Origin: Octopus vulgaris
Taxonomy: Eukaryota
Reading direction: 5' to 3'
NCBI GenBank assembly: GCA_951406725.2
Contig: OX597833.1
Span: 21,204,001-21,268,000 of the forward strand
Length of the DNA stretch: 64,000 nucleotides
In this document: positions 39,885-53,248 of the stretch, piece by piece
Position numbering within the stretch: position 1 is the stretch's first letter
Layout of the letters: the number at the start of each line of letters is the position of its first letter
Notes under the pieces: generated by a model
Databases searched by the model: none
Seen by the model: only the letters and a program-made list of their open reading frames with translations
Told to the model about the DNA's origin: nothing
Position numbers and translations under genes: made by a program

Positions 39885-42180
39885 TTATAGTGAATGAGAC
39901 GTACACAGAACTGCACTCGCTTTTCAAATAAAAGTTTCTCTCCCGGTTGCCCAGCATTGTCTAGAACGACCAGAAGCTGCACGATCATCAAGTTTTATGT
40001 AAGAGTATCTTTGGCCGAGACAGAAGTTCTGACAAGAAGGGACCATCACGCCCAATTGATCTTGTTTGCGCTTCGATAATTAGTTTCGCTGGAATAAAAA
40101 TATAACTTGGAAATGTTCTTAACGATGTATAAGTAAGTATAAAATTAAGCTTACTTCTCTTTCAACACAACTAATGAACTATAAACAAAAAATGGTTTCC
40201 TCTTAGTAAAATTCTTTCACCTTCTCACCTTTCTCTCATCCAAATTATTTCTTCCTTCCTCCCTCTCTTCCATAATGAATAATATAATGTTAGTTTTAAA
40301 ACCTTAGTAACTTCGTACCAACGCCAAATAACATAGTGCTTATGAACTGCTGTTATTTGTTTTTTAGTGACGTTGAAGAAACATACTCAAGCTACTTAAA
40401 GTTTAATATATAATCTTTAAGTATACTGTAGGCCTGTATCTTTTTCTAAACTGTGTTTCATTGTTTCTTGGTAATTAAATACTATTATCTAGAACATCAA
40501 GCTAAGCGCCAATTTTTTCTTTTTCTTTTTCGCTTTTTTTTTTGACATGATAACAAGAGTTTTCTTGTGGGATGTGAGCGAGCTTTCTATATCAATATCC
40601 AGCTATTACGCAACACCCGTCCATTTCGACGGTTTTGCAGCAAGTAGCAAGAGTTTCACCAATGATGCCGTTGCTTTAGGATTGGTTCTTGTACATTATT
40701 CCCTTCAGAACTAATTTAAATCATTGCAGTTGTGCTGCTTATTTGAATTTCAAATCCATCATCCTCCAAAATAACTCCAGAACATCTTAGGGATAACAAT
40801 ATACAACATAGCTAGCATGGCCTTTCATGCTGTAATATTCAGTTTGTGGATGTAGCGGAAACTTGCAGTTGATAGTTCTGCTTTCTTGTAATTTGGTTTG
40901 ATAAAGAAATTTCGACTTCGTGTTCAAGAGCTATTAGTTTAACTGTGAGAGTTTCCTGTAGACAGTTCCCGTAGATTTTCGATAGTCTGTCAAAAAGTCT
41001 TAGCTGGAGGTTTATGAATCCATTATTGACTTTGCTTATAATGAAAGTATCCAACTGATCAATGTTTTGCCGTAGTCTTTCGATGTCTGTTCTTTTCTCT
41101 TTTATTTTTTGCTTTTTGTTTTTTTTTTTTAAAGAGAATCCATTTTGTTTCTATGTTATCATCTCGTTCGATCTCAGATCCTCCCATCTGTTGTCGAATG
41201 GTAATCGTAACAAAATACAGTAAGGCATTCAATGTTGTTCAAAAACAGAGAGTTTCAATTTTATGCCAAGTGTTCTTTGCCAGTTCGATCGATCACTGAT
41301 TACATCAAGTCAGTAGGTTTTCCGTCAAGTCATGCTATAATCGTTCCTTCATTTAATGGTTTGCCGATGCAAATACTGAAGTCATACTGTGAAATGCGTC
41401 CGTACTACTTTTATTCTTTAGTCATTTGTAATTGTTCTTAAGCGGCTACAATGTGACCATGCAATGACAGCAATCCTGTTCTGTATCACTGTTTTATACG
41501 GGGATCATGTGTTTTACTATGCATCATTAATGATTGGTTTTACCAGAGATAGTTGCATATTTCTTCTTAACGATTGCAGCTTTATGGCGCAAAGACTTCG
41601 TGCAGAAATTCAAGTAAGAAATCCAAGTATTCGCGATGCTTTTCATGCTGGTAACTATTACCCCTTTTTACGTAACCGATCGAGGGATCTTATATGACGT
41701 CCTGGTGTAATTGGTGTAGTTCTAGATTCAGCTCAAATTTCACTGCAGTTTCTCTTAATAGTTGTGCGACCTGCGAAAGTTTATCCAGGTTTCGTTTCTT
41801 GTTATGGCATATGTATTAATAATGGTCGAATTACATACCAGTTTAATCCTATCGTTTAATTCTATTGCTACTGTTTTTTTTAGACTGACGCTTCTTTACA
41901 TTTATACGCAAAAAAAATGATCCATTCCGTCCTCAGACTCGTGTTAATACCAAAAGATTCGGAGATAATACTAACTGAATGAAAGTTTGAATATTCTCCT
42001 ATGTTGACTTGACTGACTTCGACGTCATGTAGTATATATAGAGACAATAGATGAGAGCTGGGAATGCTCAGTATAGGAAACATATAGTAGTGCTCAAAAG
42101 AATTTGAACCTAAACTGCGCACCATCAAGAATGGCGATAAAATATCCAGATCAAGCTGCTATGGAGCTAGTAATTGAAAC

Positions 42181-42948
42181 AAACACAGTTACGCTTGATA
42201 TAAATATATTTACATGAAGTACAATGTAATTTCTAAACTCGACAGCTGTTTCAGGAAGCTCAGATTTACCTAATAAACATAATAATCATAAATTGCGGAT
42301 GAAATGTGCAAAAATGTCATGGGTGTGTAACTTGTAATCAGTCACATGAAGATATTATTTTCTACTCTAGGCACAAAGCCCGAAATTTTGGGGGAGGGTG
42401 CCAGTCGATTAGATCGACCCCAGTACACAACTGGTACTTAATTTATCGACCCCCGAAAGTCACTTGAAAATATTACAATAAGTCTTGTTCCCCCTCATCA
42501 AGAAGTTGGTAAATACCTTCATGTGATTGGTTACCGGTTACATGTCCATGACATTTTGTACATTTCATCTGCAATTTATGATTATTATAAGGCGGCAAGC
42601 TGGCAGAAACGTTAGCACGCTGAGCGAAATGCTTAGCGTTATTTCGTCTGCCTTTACATTCCGAGTTCAAATTCCGCTGAGGTCGACCGTGCCTTTCATC
42701 CATTCGGTGTCGATAAATTGAGCACCAGTTGCGTACTGGGGTCGATCTAATCACTGGCCCTCCGCACAAAGATTTCGGGCCATGTGCCTAAAGTAGAAAA
42801 TGATTCTTACCAAATTATTATTATTATTACGTAACTCCGAGCTTCCTGAAACAGTTGTTGAGTTATGAAATTACTTATATTTTTTTACCTTATTCTGTAT
42901 TTTTTGTGCTCCATGCAAACATATTTCTAATAAAGCTTAACTGTGTTT
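42181..42948. repeat. Old inverted repeat (~175-bp arms) interrupted by SINE B copies
   Basis: 42181-42356 is the diverged reverse complement of 42512-42588 plus 42812-42948. Confidence 0.85.
42589..42800 (+). mobile_element. SINE family B, full monomer
   Basis: aaggcggcaagctggcagaaacgttagcacg..tttcgggccatgtgcctaaagtagaaaa. Confidence 0.92.
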
Positions 42949-44069
42949 ATCTCTCTCTATATATGGAATATAATGTATGTATGTATGTATGTATGTATGT
43001 ATGTATGTATGTATGTATGTATGTATGTATGTATGCATATGCAGGTGGTTTACATGAACGTATAACATAGTGTGTATATATTTGTACGTTTGACTTTTGT
43101 ATGTATGTATGTATGTATGTATGTGAACATATACGTATTTATGTGAATGCGCGATAGGCTAAACTTCTGGAATGTTTTACATATCTCTACAATTCTGTTA
43201 ATGGATTGTAATTGGATATTTCTAATTACTCGTACGTTTCCTGGTTGTCTGAGGTGGTAAAACTGAATGAACGTAGAGCCTCTTTCGACGACTATTTGTT
43301 AGCGTAGGAGGCAAACACACAACTACAGACACAGACACACTCACCTTAATACGCACGCGCAAAAATATAGACATTGAGTGAAAAAGTGTGCGAGAGAGGC
43401 AGAGACAGAGGAAGAGTGAGGGCGGGAGGGAGACGTTACAATGTATTAGCTGAACACGATCGACATGAACTCTTTCTATCTCCTCATACACCTAAAGAGA
43501 AAAATATACACACACATAAATAGAGAGAGTGGGGGAAGGAAAAAACAAGAGAAACATAAAAACGGGTGAAACATTAAGACGTTAAACACGTCAGCGCCGA
43601 ATCAGTGACGCCAGTTAAGCGGCGCCTAACAGCTACTCCGAAACATTTCATGCCCCATTTGGAGGAGTGCCTTTCCGCTTCTTAAGATGCTCTTTGCTTG
43701 ATGTATCCGATTTGATCCGAAGATACATTTTGACGTTCGATGGTTAAGTAGATACATTTACATGTATCTAAGTATAAATGTATAAATGTATGGGTAGTTA
43801 TATAAAGTTGATAACAGCCATACGGGTGTGTATATGGAAGCCATAAATAGCTGTGACAGGAAAAAAGTTTCGTACTCAGTGCGGGTGTCGGTGGAGAAGG
43901 CAGCAATACAATTGAAACAGCCATCAATTTTAGTTCTCTACAGATTCAATAAAAGTTAATTTCTGTCAAAATATGCGTGTGTATATGTACAAGCGTGTAT
44001 GATGAAGAAAACGTTTTGTCTCTGTGTGCGTATGAATGTGTATGTGCGTGTCTGTGAGAGTGCAAGCTT

Positions 44070-44112
44070 TTCTATATATCTATGTGTTCATGTATATGTG
44101 TATGTATATATG

Positions 44113-44166
<54 letters not shown>

Positions 44167-44169
44167 TAT

Positions 44170-44211
<42 letters not shown>

Positions 44212-44398
44212 GCACATATATATATATATATATACACATATATATATATAATATATGTTTATATATAAATATATGTATGTATGTATATATATAATATGTA
44301 TGTGTGTATATATATAATATGTATGTATATATATATATATAAATATATGTATGTATAATATGTACGTATATATATATATTTATGTATATATATATATG

Positions 44399-44479
<81 letters not shown>

Positions 44480-44823
44480 GAATACGTTTGTGCGCATGAG
44501 AAAACAAAGAAATGGTTGTGATTTTATGTGTGTGTGTATTCGAACGAATGTGTATTTATAAGTGATTGCATATGATAACGTTCGTAAATACGTATGCGAC
44601 TGTATGTGTGAATGTATGACTGTGTGTATGAGTATGTATGTATGTATGTGTATGATTTTGTGTACGTTGATGAAGTAGATTGTTATGTGTGGATCTGTGT
44701 GTGCATGTATGTATGTATGTATGTATGTATGTATGTATGTATGTATGTATGTATGTATGTACGTATGTATGTATGTATGTATGTATGTATGTATGTATGT
44801 ATGTACTTACGTGTGTATGTATG

Positions 44824-44855
<32 letters not shown>

Positions 44856-44920
44856 TGTATGTATGTACGTACGTGTGTATGTATGTATGTATGTATGTAT
44901 GTACGTATGTATGCATGTGT
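44070..44920. repeat. (TA)n and (TATG)n compound microsatellites
   Basis: Seen directly. Confidence 0.95.
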
Positions 44921-45089
44921 GTCTGTGTGAGTGCGTCCGCTTGTGTATGAAAAAGCAAGCGATAGAGGAATGAAGATGGACAGAAAAAAATATAAAATGC
45001 GTCTGGATACGATATTAAGTGTTCGTTTTAAAAAAAATGATGTGTACTTGTGCGTTTGCGTGCGTGTGTGCGTTGTGTGTGTGTGTGTG

Positions 45090-45143
<54 letters not shown>

Positions 45144-45237
45144 TGTGAGAGAACATTTTTGAAGGTGTGTTTGGTTCTGTGTGACTATATGAATGAGTCT
45201 GAGACATAAACAGACGACAGACAGACGGACGGATGGT

Positions 45238-45253
45238 TAGGTAGGTAGGTATG

Positions 45254-45351
<98 letters not shown>

Positions 45352-45428
45352 CGTTAAATGAAGTGTTTTGCTCAAGAACACAACGCGTCGCCCGGTCCAG
45401 GAATCGAACCCATAGGTAGGTAGGTATG

Positions 45429-45460
<32 letters not shown>

Positions 45461-45477
45461 CAGATAGACAGATAGAC

Positions 45478-45558
<81 letters not shown>

Positions 45559-45610
45559 CATACATACATACATACATACATACATACATACATACATACA
45601 TACATACATA
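45238..45610. repeat. (GATA)n/(CATA)n tract containing a 64-bp SINE D fragment
   Basis: Seen directly; the insert is at 45351-45414. Confidence 0.93.
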
Positions 45611-45895
45611 GGCAAACAGATAAAGAGATTTAGATATACATACATACATATATATATCATACATATACATAAACTGATAAATAGATAGTTAAATAGACGG
45701 ACATTAAAAGCTGTTCGTACAAATGAAATTGTAAGTGCAAACGAATGTCCGCCGCTATCTCTCTGTCTCTCACACTCACCCCTTTCTCTTCCTCTCTCTC
45801 CCTTTCTTTCTCCGCCTCTCCCTCTTTCTACGTGATAAAATAAGTAAAAGTGTAACACCAAACACCGGGTAGGCTTTTGGCCTGTCAATCTAGAC

Positions 45896-46081
45896 CAGTG
45901 CTCTGCAACCCATATGCCGCGGCTCACTGGTGTGCCACGAGACGATGTTAGGGGTGCCGCAGTGTAACCCGAACATAATTTTTCCCCTTATACTTCTAGT
46001 TATATTCTTAGTCCAGGTGTGCCGCTAAATTTTGAAAAATATATAAATGTGCCGCAAGTGAATAAAGGTTGCGGAGCACTG
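45896..46081. mobile_element. hAT (Charlie-like) MITE, 186 bp
   Basis: TIRs cagtgctctgcaacc / ggttgcggagcactg. Flanks atctagac / ggctagac (NTCTAGAN-like target). Confidence 0.88.
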
Positions 46082-46089
46082 GGCTAGAC

Positions 46090-46384
46090 CAGTGGCTCCC
46101 AAACGTTTTCAGGCTGCCGCCCCCTTTGGCACCAGGACAAGTTACTAGTACCCCACTCCCCGCTCACCACCACAAACATTGACCACTTTCTATGACAAAT
46201 TCAAAGCAATAGTATTTCACAAATAAAACAATCTAATTAAACCCATTATTTTGGGAGGTTTTTTCCAGCCGTCACCCCAATTTAGCCACCTTATTATTAC
46301 CCCAGTTTTCTTCAACGCTCCCTAGATTTTTTCCCAGCCTCGCAAAGGGTGGTGGAACAGTACTGCCCACTTCGGGAACCACGG
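46090..46384. mobile_element. hAT (Charlie-like) MITE, 295 bp
   Basis: TIRs cagtggctcccaaac / cttcgggaaccacgg. Flanks ggctagac / gtctcgac. Confidence 0.78.
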
Positions 46385-46489
46385 GTCTCGACTTTCCCTT
46401 CCATACCGAGGCCTTCTTTTAGTTTTGTTGGGAGGGTCATCATCCATCACGGCCGCCTGACCAGGGCTGTCATGACTTCATCATATTAC

Positions 46490-46634
46490 TCACATTTGCA
46501 AGCTGAGTGGACAATAGCAACGTTAAATGAAGTGTTTTGCTCAAGAACACAATGCATCGCCCGGTCCAGGAATCGAACCCATAATCTTACAACCGTGAGT
46601 GCAACCCCGTCAGCAACTAAGTCACGCGCTCCAC
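46490..46634 (-). mobile_element. SINE family D, 5' half
   Basis: Reverse complement of 32536-32680. Confidence 0.88.
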
Positions 46635-47420
46635 TTGTTAGAAGAAGTAAGACGCATATTTAAGGTGATATTGGTGACGCGTGAAAGGGTTACATGCAAC
46701 GGATGCACAAGAGAGGAGGTCAGAGAGGGAGAGAGAGAAGTGTTAGAGGGGGAGAAGAAAGAGAGGAGGAAGGGGAGAAAGGAAGAGAGTGATAGTGAAT
46801 GCGTATGCATCTAAGGAAAGTCTGTGTGCGATTACGTGTCTGTATGTGTAAATATGTTTGAATCTTTGAAAGGGAGACATAAACAGTATGTATGTGTGAA
46901 TCTTAAAGTAAGTTTCTTTCTGTGTTAATGTAGATGTAAAAGCTATTGGAATGAGCGAGTTTTGTGTAAGGGTGACGAGTTTAAACAGTATCTATATGTG
47001 TGTGGATGCGTGTCTGTGAATATGAGATTGCGTGTGCTTGCGAGAATAACAAAAATATAAGCTCAAAAGGTGTTCGTGTGCAAAAGTCTATGATGGCCGA
47101 AAGAAGAAACTGTATGTTCGTGCGTGTGCTTGCATATACTTCTGTGTGCATGTGTGTGTGCGCGCGTGCGTGTTTGTTTGTGTGTGTCAGTGTGTGTGTG
47201 TATGTGTGTGTGTGTGTGTGTTCCGATATAGCCTTGCTCACTTACGGTAGATAGGTTTAAGTGAGAAAATGTAGACTAAACGTTCTTTTGTTAACGCAGC
47301 GAATGAGATTTTAGTGAGATTTAGCTGCTATTTCTTGCAAGCCTCTACAGAGGCTTCCTCTTTCTCTCTGCGAATATGTATGTGTTGTGAGTGTGATTTT
47401 GTGTGTGTGTGTGCGGGTGC

Positions 47421-47461
<41 letters not shown>

Positions 47462-48138
47462 TGTGTGTGTGTGTGTGTGTGTGCATGTGTGTGTGTGTGC
47501 ATGTGTGTGTGTGTGTGTGTGAATATGTTCATATGCATAAGTGTTTTCTTTTACTGGTGTGCGTGTGTTCGCACATGTCTAAACCAGTGTTGTTAGCTTT
47601 GATTTTAAAAGTACTAATCAATACCAGATTTTGACAAATGTTTCTCTGACAGAAATGTTCCTATGTTAGAGAAAGCCACTAAAACTGTCAGAAGAAGACA
47701 CTGCCGTATACGCAGATAAGTATGTTGTCATGGCAGTATAAATAAAGAAGTCGAAGCGCTCAGTGAAAATGGCGTCCGAGACATTAGCGTTCTGCATCCG
47801 GTTGAAGCCATTTCACTTCCTTACACGGGGCGACATTGTTATCGTGAATAAGATAATGGACTATGCATTCATAGAGCTAGCGTGAGTTAAAATCAGCAGC
47901 AGGATATAGTTTTCGCATTGTTGTTAAAGGTTTCTTTTGTTTAAACGATATGAAAACCATTCGGTTGTGAAGTGGGCGCTTATAAGTCGCTTAAATGATA
48001 AAGTAAACTTGATTTCAGATCATTTTAGGTTCAGAACCTGGGATGAGGAACCTGACATCTGTGAAGCATAAAGAAGATCTCACTACCATTTCTGCTATGT
48101 CCACGTAAATATTGACTCTGTGTGTGTGAGCGTGAATG

Positions 48139-48205
<67 letters not shown>

Positions 48206-48616
48206 ATGTGTGTGTGCGTGCGTGTGTGTGTGTGTTGATGTTTTTATTTGTCACCCCACTACTTGACAACCAGTGTTTGTTTTGGCTGCCGTAACTTAGC
48301 AGTTCGGCCTAAGAAAACGATGTAAGTGCCAGATTAAAAAAATAAATTAGTTTTTGGTTGAATTAATTCTTGACTGAAGCTAATCTCAGCAAGATACGAA
48401 TTTGGGAATTGGATTATAATCCCTTTAGCAACTTTCCTGAGATTATTACCAAATTGTATGTCAGATAAATGATATCATAATGATTTAAGCTCACGTCGGT
48501 AAACAACGCGAAATCATGGAGTTGCGTAAATTCGATCGCACTGTCTCGTAATCCCCACCTTCTTCCTTAATGTTCATCATCATCATCATCACCATCATCA
48601 CAAGCATCATCACCAA

Positions 48617-48795
48617 GGGGTGGTGGTGACTCCTGTTGTACTCTTTCGCCCCAACTTTCTGTCACTCTTTCTTCTTGTATCTTGAGTAACGCTGCGATGG
48701 ACTGGCGTCTCGTCCAGCTGGAGGGAAAGCACATACGCCACAGAAACCGGGAAACCGGGCCCATGAGCCTGGGTAGGCTTGAAAAGGGCACATTA
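48617..48795 (+). mobile_element. SINE family C, 3' half
   Basis: Collinear with 32920-33095. Confidence 0.88.
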
Positions 48796-49339
48796 AAAAT
48801 TATATATATATAGTGCGGTGGATGGGTAGCGCGTTGGACAAAAAGCATTTTGTTGTGCTTTGTGACTTCCCTCTGGTTTCTGAGTTCAAATCATACCCAA
48901 GTAGGTTACAGCTTTTCACTCTTCCTTCTTTTTCGTGATGGATTCAAGGCAATATAGGATTTTATCGACTTTCTATGAGGGCGGTTTCAAATTTTAATGC
49001 GAATGAAGAGTTCCTGACCCTCGACGTAGGAAGGTTTTCAGTTTTTGCCTCGTTGTGGAGAAAACATTTTAAGTGGGAGATGACAACTGTTTCAACTCCC
49101 TGATATCACTTAAAGCAGTTTATATTTTGGTTTTGGTTAATTATTGTTGTCTGCCTACAAAAGAACCAGTCTTCATCTATGTCTCGCAGGAATGTAATTA
49201 AATGTGTTGTCAGCAGAAAAGTAAAATAATTGGTTCCTCAGTGTCAAAAGGTTACCATATTCCAACGCTAATTATTGAAAAAAATAATATGTTGATGTAA
49301 GAATATCAGCCAAAAAGGCGGGAGTACTGTGACAAGTTT

Positions 49340-49610
49340 TAAAGGAAAGAAAGACAGAGATGAAGAGACAGAACGAGAGAAGGAGAGAGAGAAGAGGGAG
49401 AGAGATGGGGAAGGAGAGGAAGAAACAGGGAGGAAAAGAGAGAAGAAAGAGTGGCAGGGAGAGTGGAAGGAAGAGACAAAAGAGAGAGAAAGGGAGAGAG
49501 AGGTAGTGAGAGTAAGGAAGAGGAAGAGAGAGAGGTAGTGAGACAGAGAAAGAGAAAAAGAAGAGAGAGAGGTGGTGAGACAGAGAAAGAGAAAGAGGAA
49601 GAGAAAGGGT
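49340..49610. repeat. Polypurine (GA-rich) low-complexity tract
   Basis: About 270 bp, almost all purine, with an imperfect repeat gagagagaggt.gtgaga. Confidence 0.9.
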
Positions 49611-49744
49611 GGGTGCGTGTGTGGGTGTGAATGAAGCAAGTAATATACATACATACATATATATTATTCATTTAATGTATATATATTTTATATACTTAGC
49701 TTATCTAAATCTAATATAAATTTAACATAGACACACACAAACAT

Positions 49745-49795
<51 letters not shown>

Positions 49796-49798
<3 letters not shown>

Positions 49799-49999
49799 TT
49801 TTCTAGTATAGGCACAAGTCCCGAATTTTGGGGGAGGGACCAGTCGATTAGATAGATCCCAGTACGCAATCGGTACTTAATTTATCGACCTCGAAAGGCA
49901 AAGTCGACCTCGGTGGAATTTGAACTCAGAAAGTAAAGACAGACGAAATACTGCAAATAATTTCGCCCGACGTGCTAACGCTTCTGCCAGCTCGCCCCC
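49796..49999 (-). mobile_element. SINE family B monomer
   Basis: Reverse complement of the 42589-42800 type. Confidence 0.9.
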
Positions 50000-50042
<43 letters not shown>

Positions 50043-50048
50043 AAATGA

Positions 50049-50089
<41 letters not shown>

Positions 50090-50092
<3 letters not shown>

Positions 50093-50254
50093 TCTTTTTC
50101 TCTTTTACTTGTTTCAGTAACTTGGAGCACCGCCTTTAGTCGAGCAAATCGACCCCGGAACTTATTCTTTGTAAGCCCAGTACTTATTCTATCGATCTCT
50201 TTTTGCCGAACCGCTAAGTGACGGGGACGTAAACACACCAGCATCGGTTGTCAA

Positions 50255-50287
<33 letters not shown>

Positions 50288-50447
50288 CATATATACGACA
50301 GGCTTCTTTCAGTTTCCGTCTACCAAATTCACTCACAAGGCATTGGTCGGCCCGGGGCTATAGCAGAAGACACTCGCCAAGTGGAACTGAACCCGGAACC
50401 ATGTGGTTGGTTAGCAAGCTACTTACCACACAGCCACTCCTGCGCCT
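50090..50447 (-). mobile_element. SINE family A with small deletions
   Basis: Reverse complement of the consensus. Confidence 0.92.
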
Positions 50448-51295
50448 ATGAAAAGATGCTTGTCAGAAGTGGGATATATATATTTCAATAACAGGTTGAC
50501 TCGGCTCCGTGGAACTTCTAGTCTGTTTGAAGAGCCTACGAAACTTTAAGTTGCCAAGAAACGAATCAAATTCTTATTAAATAATATATGTAATTCCTAC
50601 CAAATGTGTTGAGTGCCATTTTCTTTCATTCATCCACTCCCACGTATGTGTGTGTGTGTGTATAATACACACATACAGTAACTAAGGGAGTGAGTGAAAA
50701 TGAGAAAAAAACATTCCTTTTTAGTTATTTACACACATTTCCATTGTCGATATTCGTATTCTATTATTTTGCAAAGCCGAAGTAAGCAAACGGATCGAAC
50801 AACCCAGAATCAACAAAGCTTGAATAAATTCAATCTAAATGAACAACAATCGCAAACAATTAATATCATACTTAGCAACAACCATCATGATTGCCATTGA
50901 GCTGGCTTGTTGGTCAAGTTTAATCTCCATAAGTCCCCAGTGTGCAGAAGGAAATGATCTTTCAGCATTTTGTTCAGTTAAAGAACACGTGGAGAGACCT
51001 GGATCGACCTGAGAATTGAATGAAGTTCGCTAATTCATTTTATACTGTTCGGTACTCACAGCAAAAGACGTCATGACAATTTTATGTCACGTCAGCCTCG
51101 TTTTGTTTTTAATAGATACAAGGGTTCGTTTAAAAAAGTAAGTTCCAGAATATAAGTTTTACAAAAGGGATTGCACCAGGATACTACATTTTGAGAGGAG
51201 TAAGTTCTCTGTCTCTCTTGTAAGAAAGTTTATCCATGAAGTGTTAAATGAAAACAGAAAGAAAAAAGTAATCGAAAACTGTTGTCTCTTTTTTT

Positions 51296-51542
51296 TTACT
51301 CTCTTTTATTTGTTTCAGTTATTTGACTGTGGTCATGCTGGAGCACCGCCTTTAGTCGAGCAAATCGACCCCAGGACTTATTCTTTGTAAGCCTAGTACT
51401 TATTCTATCGGTCTCTTTTGCCGAACCGCTAAATAACGGGACGTAAACACACCAGCATCGGTTGTCAAGCGATGTTGGGGAGACAAACACAGACACGAGC
51501 ATATACACACACATACATACACACACACACACACGCGCACAC

Positions 51543-51574
<32 letters not shown>

Positions 51575-51807
51575 TATATAGATAAATACGACTGGCTTCT
51601 TTCAGTTTCTGTCTACCAAATCCACTCAGAAGGCTTTGGTCGACCTGAGGCTATAGTAGAAGACACTTGCCCAAGGTGCCACGCTGTGGGACTGAACCCG
51701 AAACCATATGGTTGGTAAGCAAGCTACTTACCACTCCGCCACTCCTGCACCACTCCGCCACTCCTGCACCACTCCGCCACTCCTGCACCACTCCGCCACT
51801 CCTGCGC
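51296..51807 (-). mobile_element. SINE family A with its A-box segment repeated four times in tandem
   Basis: 19-bp unit ccactccgccactcctgca x4 at 51731-51806. Confidence 0.92.
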
Positions 51808-52199
51808 TAATAAAATAAAGTCTAATATTTGTTGCTTTCGAAGGCGACGAGCTGGCCGTTAGAACGCAGGGCAAAATTCTTAGCAGCATTTTGAGAGAGA
51901 CAGAGAAAACAAATAGAAAATGATAATAGAAAAAGAAAAGGAAAGGAAGAAGTAAAGTGGAGATCAGGAGATTACACATGCGCATGCGCGATGGAATTCC
52001 TAGGGGTTTCTGTCAAGAAAATTCCATTCACATGGTGTTGTTCAATTACGATATAAAACGGATTTATTGTAGAAAACGGTTTCCCAAAGTGACTTGCAGA
52101 ACGAGTATAAGCAGAACTATGTAGTTGCAAATTGAATGTCTTAAACACTGATATTGCTCACAAAAGCATCATAATTTTCGGAGTAGTTACGAGTAGTTA

Positions 52200-52260
52200 C
52201 CGTATTTGATGACCTAAAAGACGCATGGGTATAATAGATGCACTCCAATTTCAGCGGCAC
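52200..52260 (+). mobile_element. Possible Tc2/pogo-like TIR remnant
   Basis: TA|ccgtatttgatgacctaaaagacgca..gtataatagatgcac resembles such termini. No clear partner end. Confidence 0.3.
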
Positions 52261-52439
52261 ATAATCAAGAAGTGAGCGTCAAGGACAAAATTAGATTATG
52301 GGAGGCTCAACTTTGCATTTAGGACTCGGGATGATTGTTTGAGGTATCTTTTTTTTATTTTCAAACAAACGTCGTCTCTAAAGTCACATTTTTATATAGA
52401 AATTATATTTTTATTATTCCGCTGTAAAATATTTTGTTT

Positions 52440-52665
52440 GTTCCTTCTCAAGCCACGCTTGGCTCATAGGGCCGGTTTCCTTGGCGTATAGGTTCCCTAC
52501 CTGGACGGGATGCAAGAGTGAGAGAAAGTTGTGACGAAAGAGTCAGCAGCGCGTGGAGCTTAGGTGTTTTGCTCATAAACACATACATCGCCCGGTCTGA
52601 GATTCGAGCACGCGGGCTCTTCACCGCGAGTCCGCAGCTCTAACCACTAGGCCACGTGCCTCCAC
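52440..52665 (-). mobile_element. SINE family C, internally deleted
   Basis: Reverse complement of the head (..taaccactaggccacgtgcctccac) and the tail (ggctcatagggccggtttcc). Confidence 0.82.
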
Positions 52666-52974
52666 GCTATAAACTCTAATAGAAATTATATTTTATTCTT
52701 ATACAAATAACATATTATTCTTCTACTGGTTTCAGTCACTGATCGTGGCCATGCTGGGGCATGATGTTCAAGAGTCGATTATGGCAATCTCAGTATTTTT
52801 GTCAGGTATTTATTTTATCGATCTCAGAAGGAGGGAAGCCTTAGTTAATCTGGATGAGACATGAACCCGAAGAGCTTTCGAAGCCGAATAGCACAAGGTA
52901 TTTTGTCTTATACTCCACCGATTCTTTCACTCCTAAATGTTTAGTTTATTTTAATAAGCCTAGCTCTAGCCGTT

Positions 52975-53196
52975 CTTTTATTCTTTTATTTGTTTCAGTC
53001 ATTGAACTGCGGCCATACTGGGGCACCACTTTGTGAGATTCGATTGAAACAAATTAACATCTGTACTTATTCTCTTTTTAAAGCCTGGTAATTATTTTAT
53101 CGTTCACTTATAACCGAACTGCTACGCCAAATCCACTTATCCTACTTACGCCAAATCCGGTTCTAAAGCGGTGTGGGAAGCAAACACAGACACAAA

Positions 53197-53248
<52 letters not shown>

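Noticed and set aside
45028-45927. Longest ORF (299 aa) and other long YI/CV/HT/YLSI-rich ORFs (e.g. 17514-18203, 56917-57498)
   Set aside because: These are stop-free translations of di- and tetranucleotide microsatellites with no coding signal.
50521-50556. TTGAAGA-gcctac-GAAA-ctttaagtt minimal hammerhead-like string
   Set aside because: The core C is substituted, stem I is not convincing, and there is no second copy in the window; it is compatible with chance.
51731-51806. Short direct repeats as a CRISPR-like array
   Set aside because: No spacers, derived from the SINE 5' end, and the context is eukaryotic.
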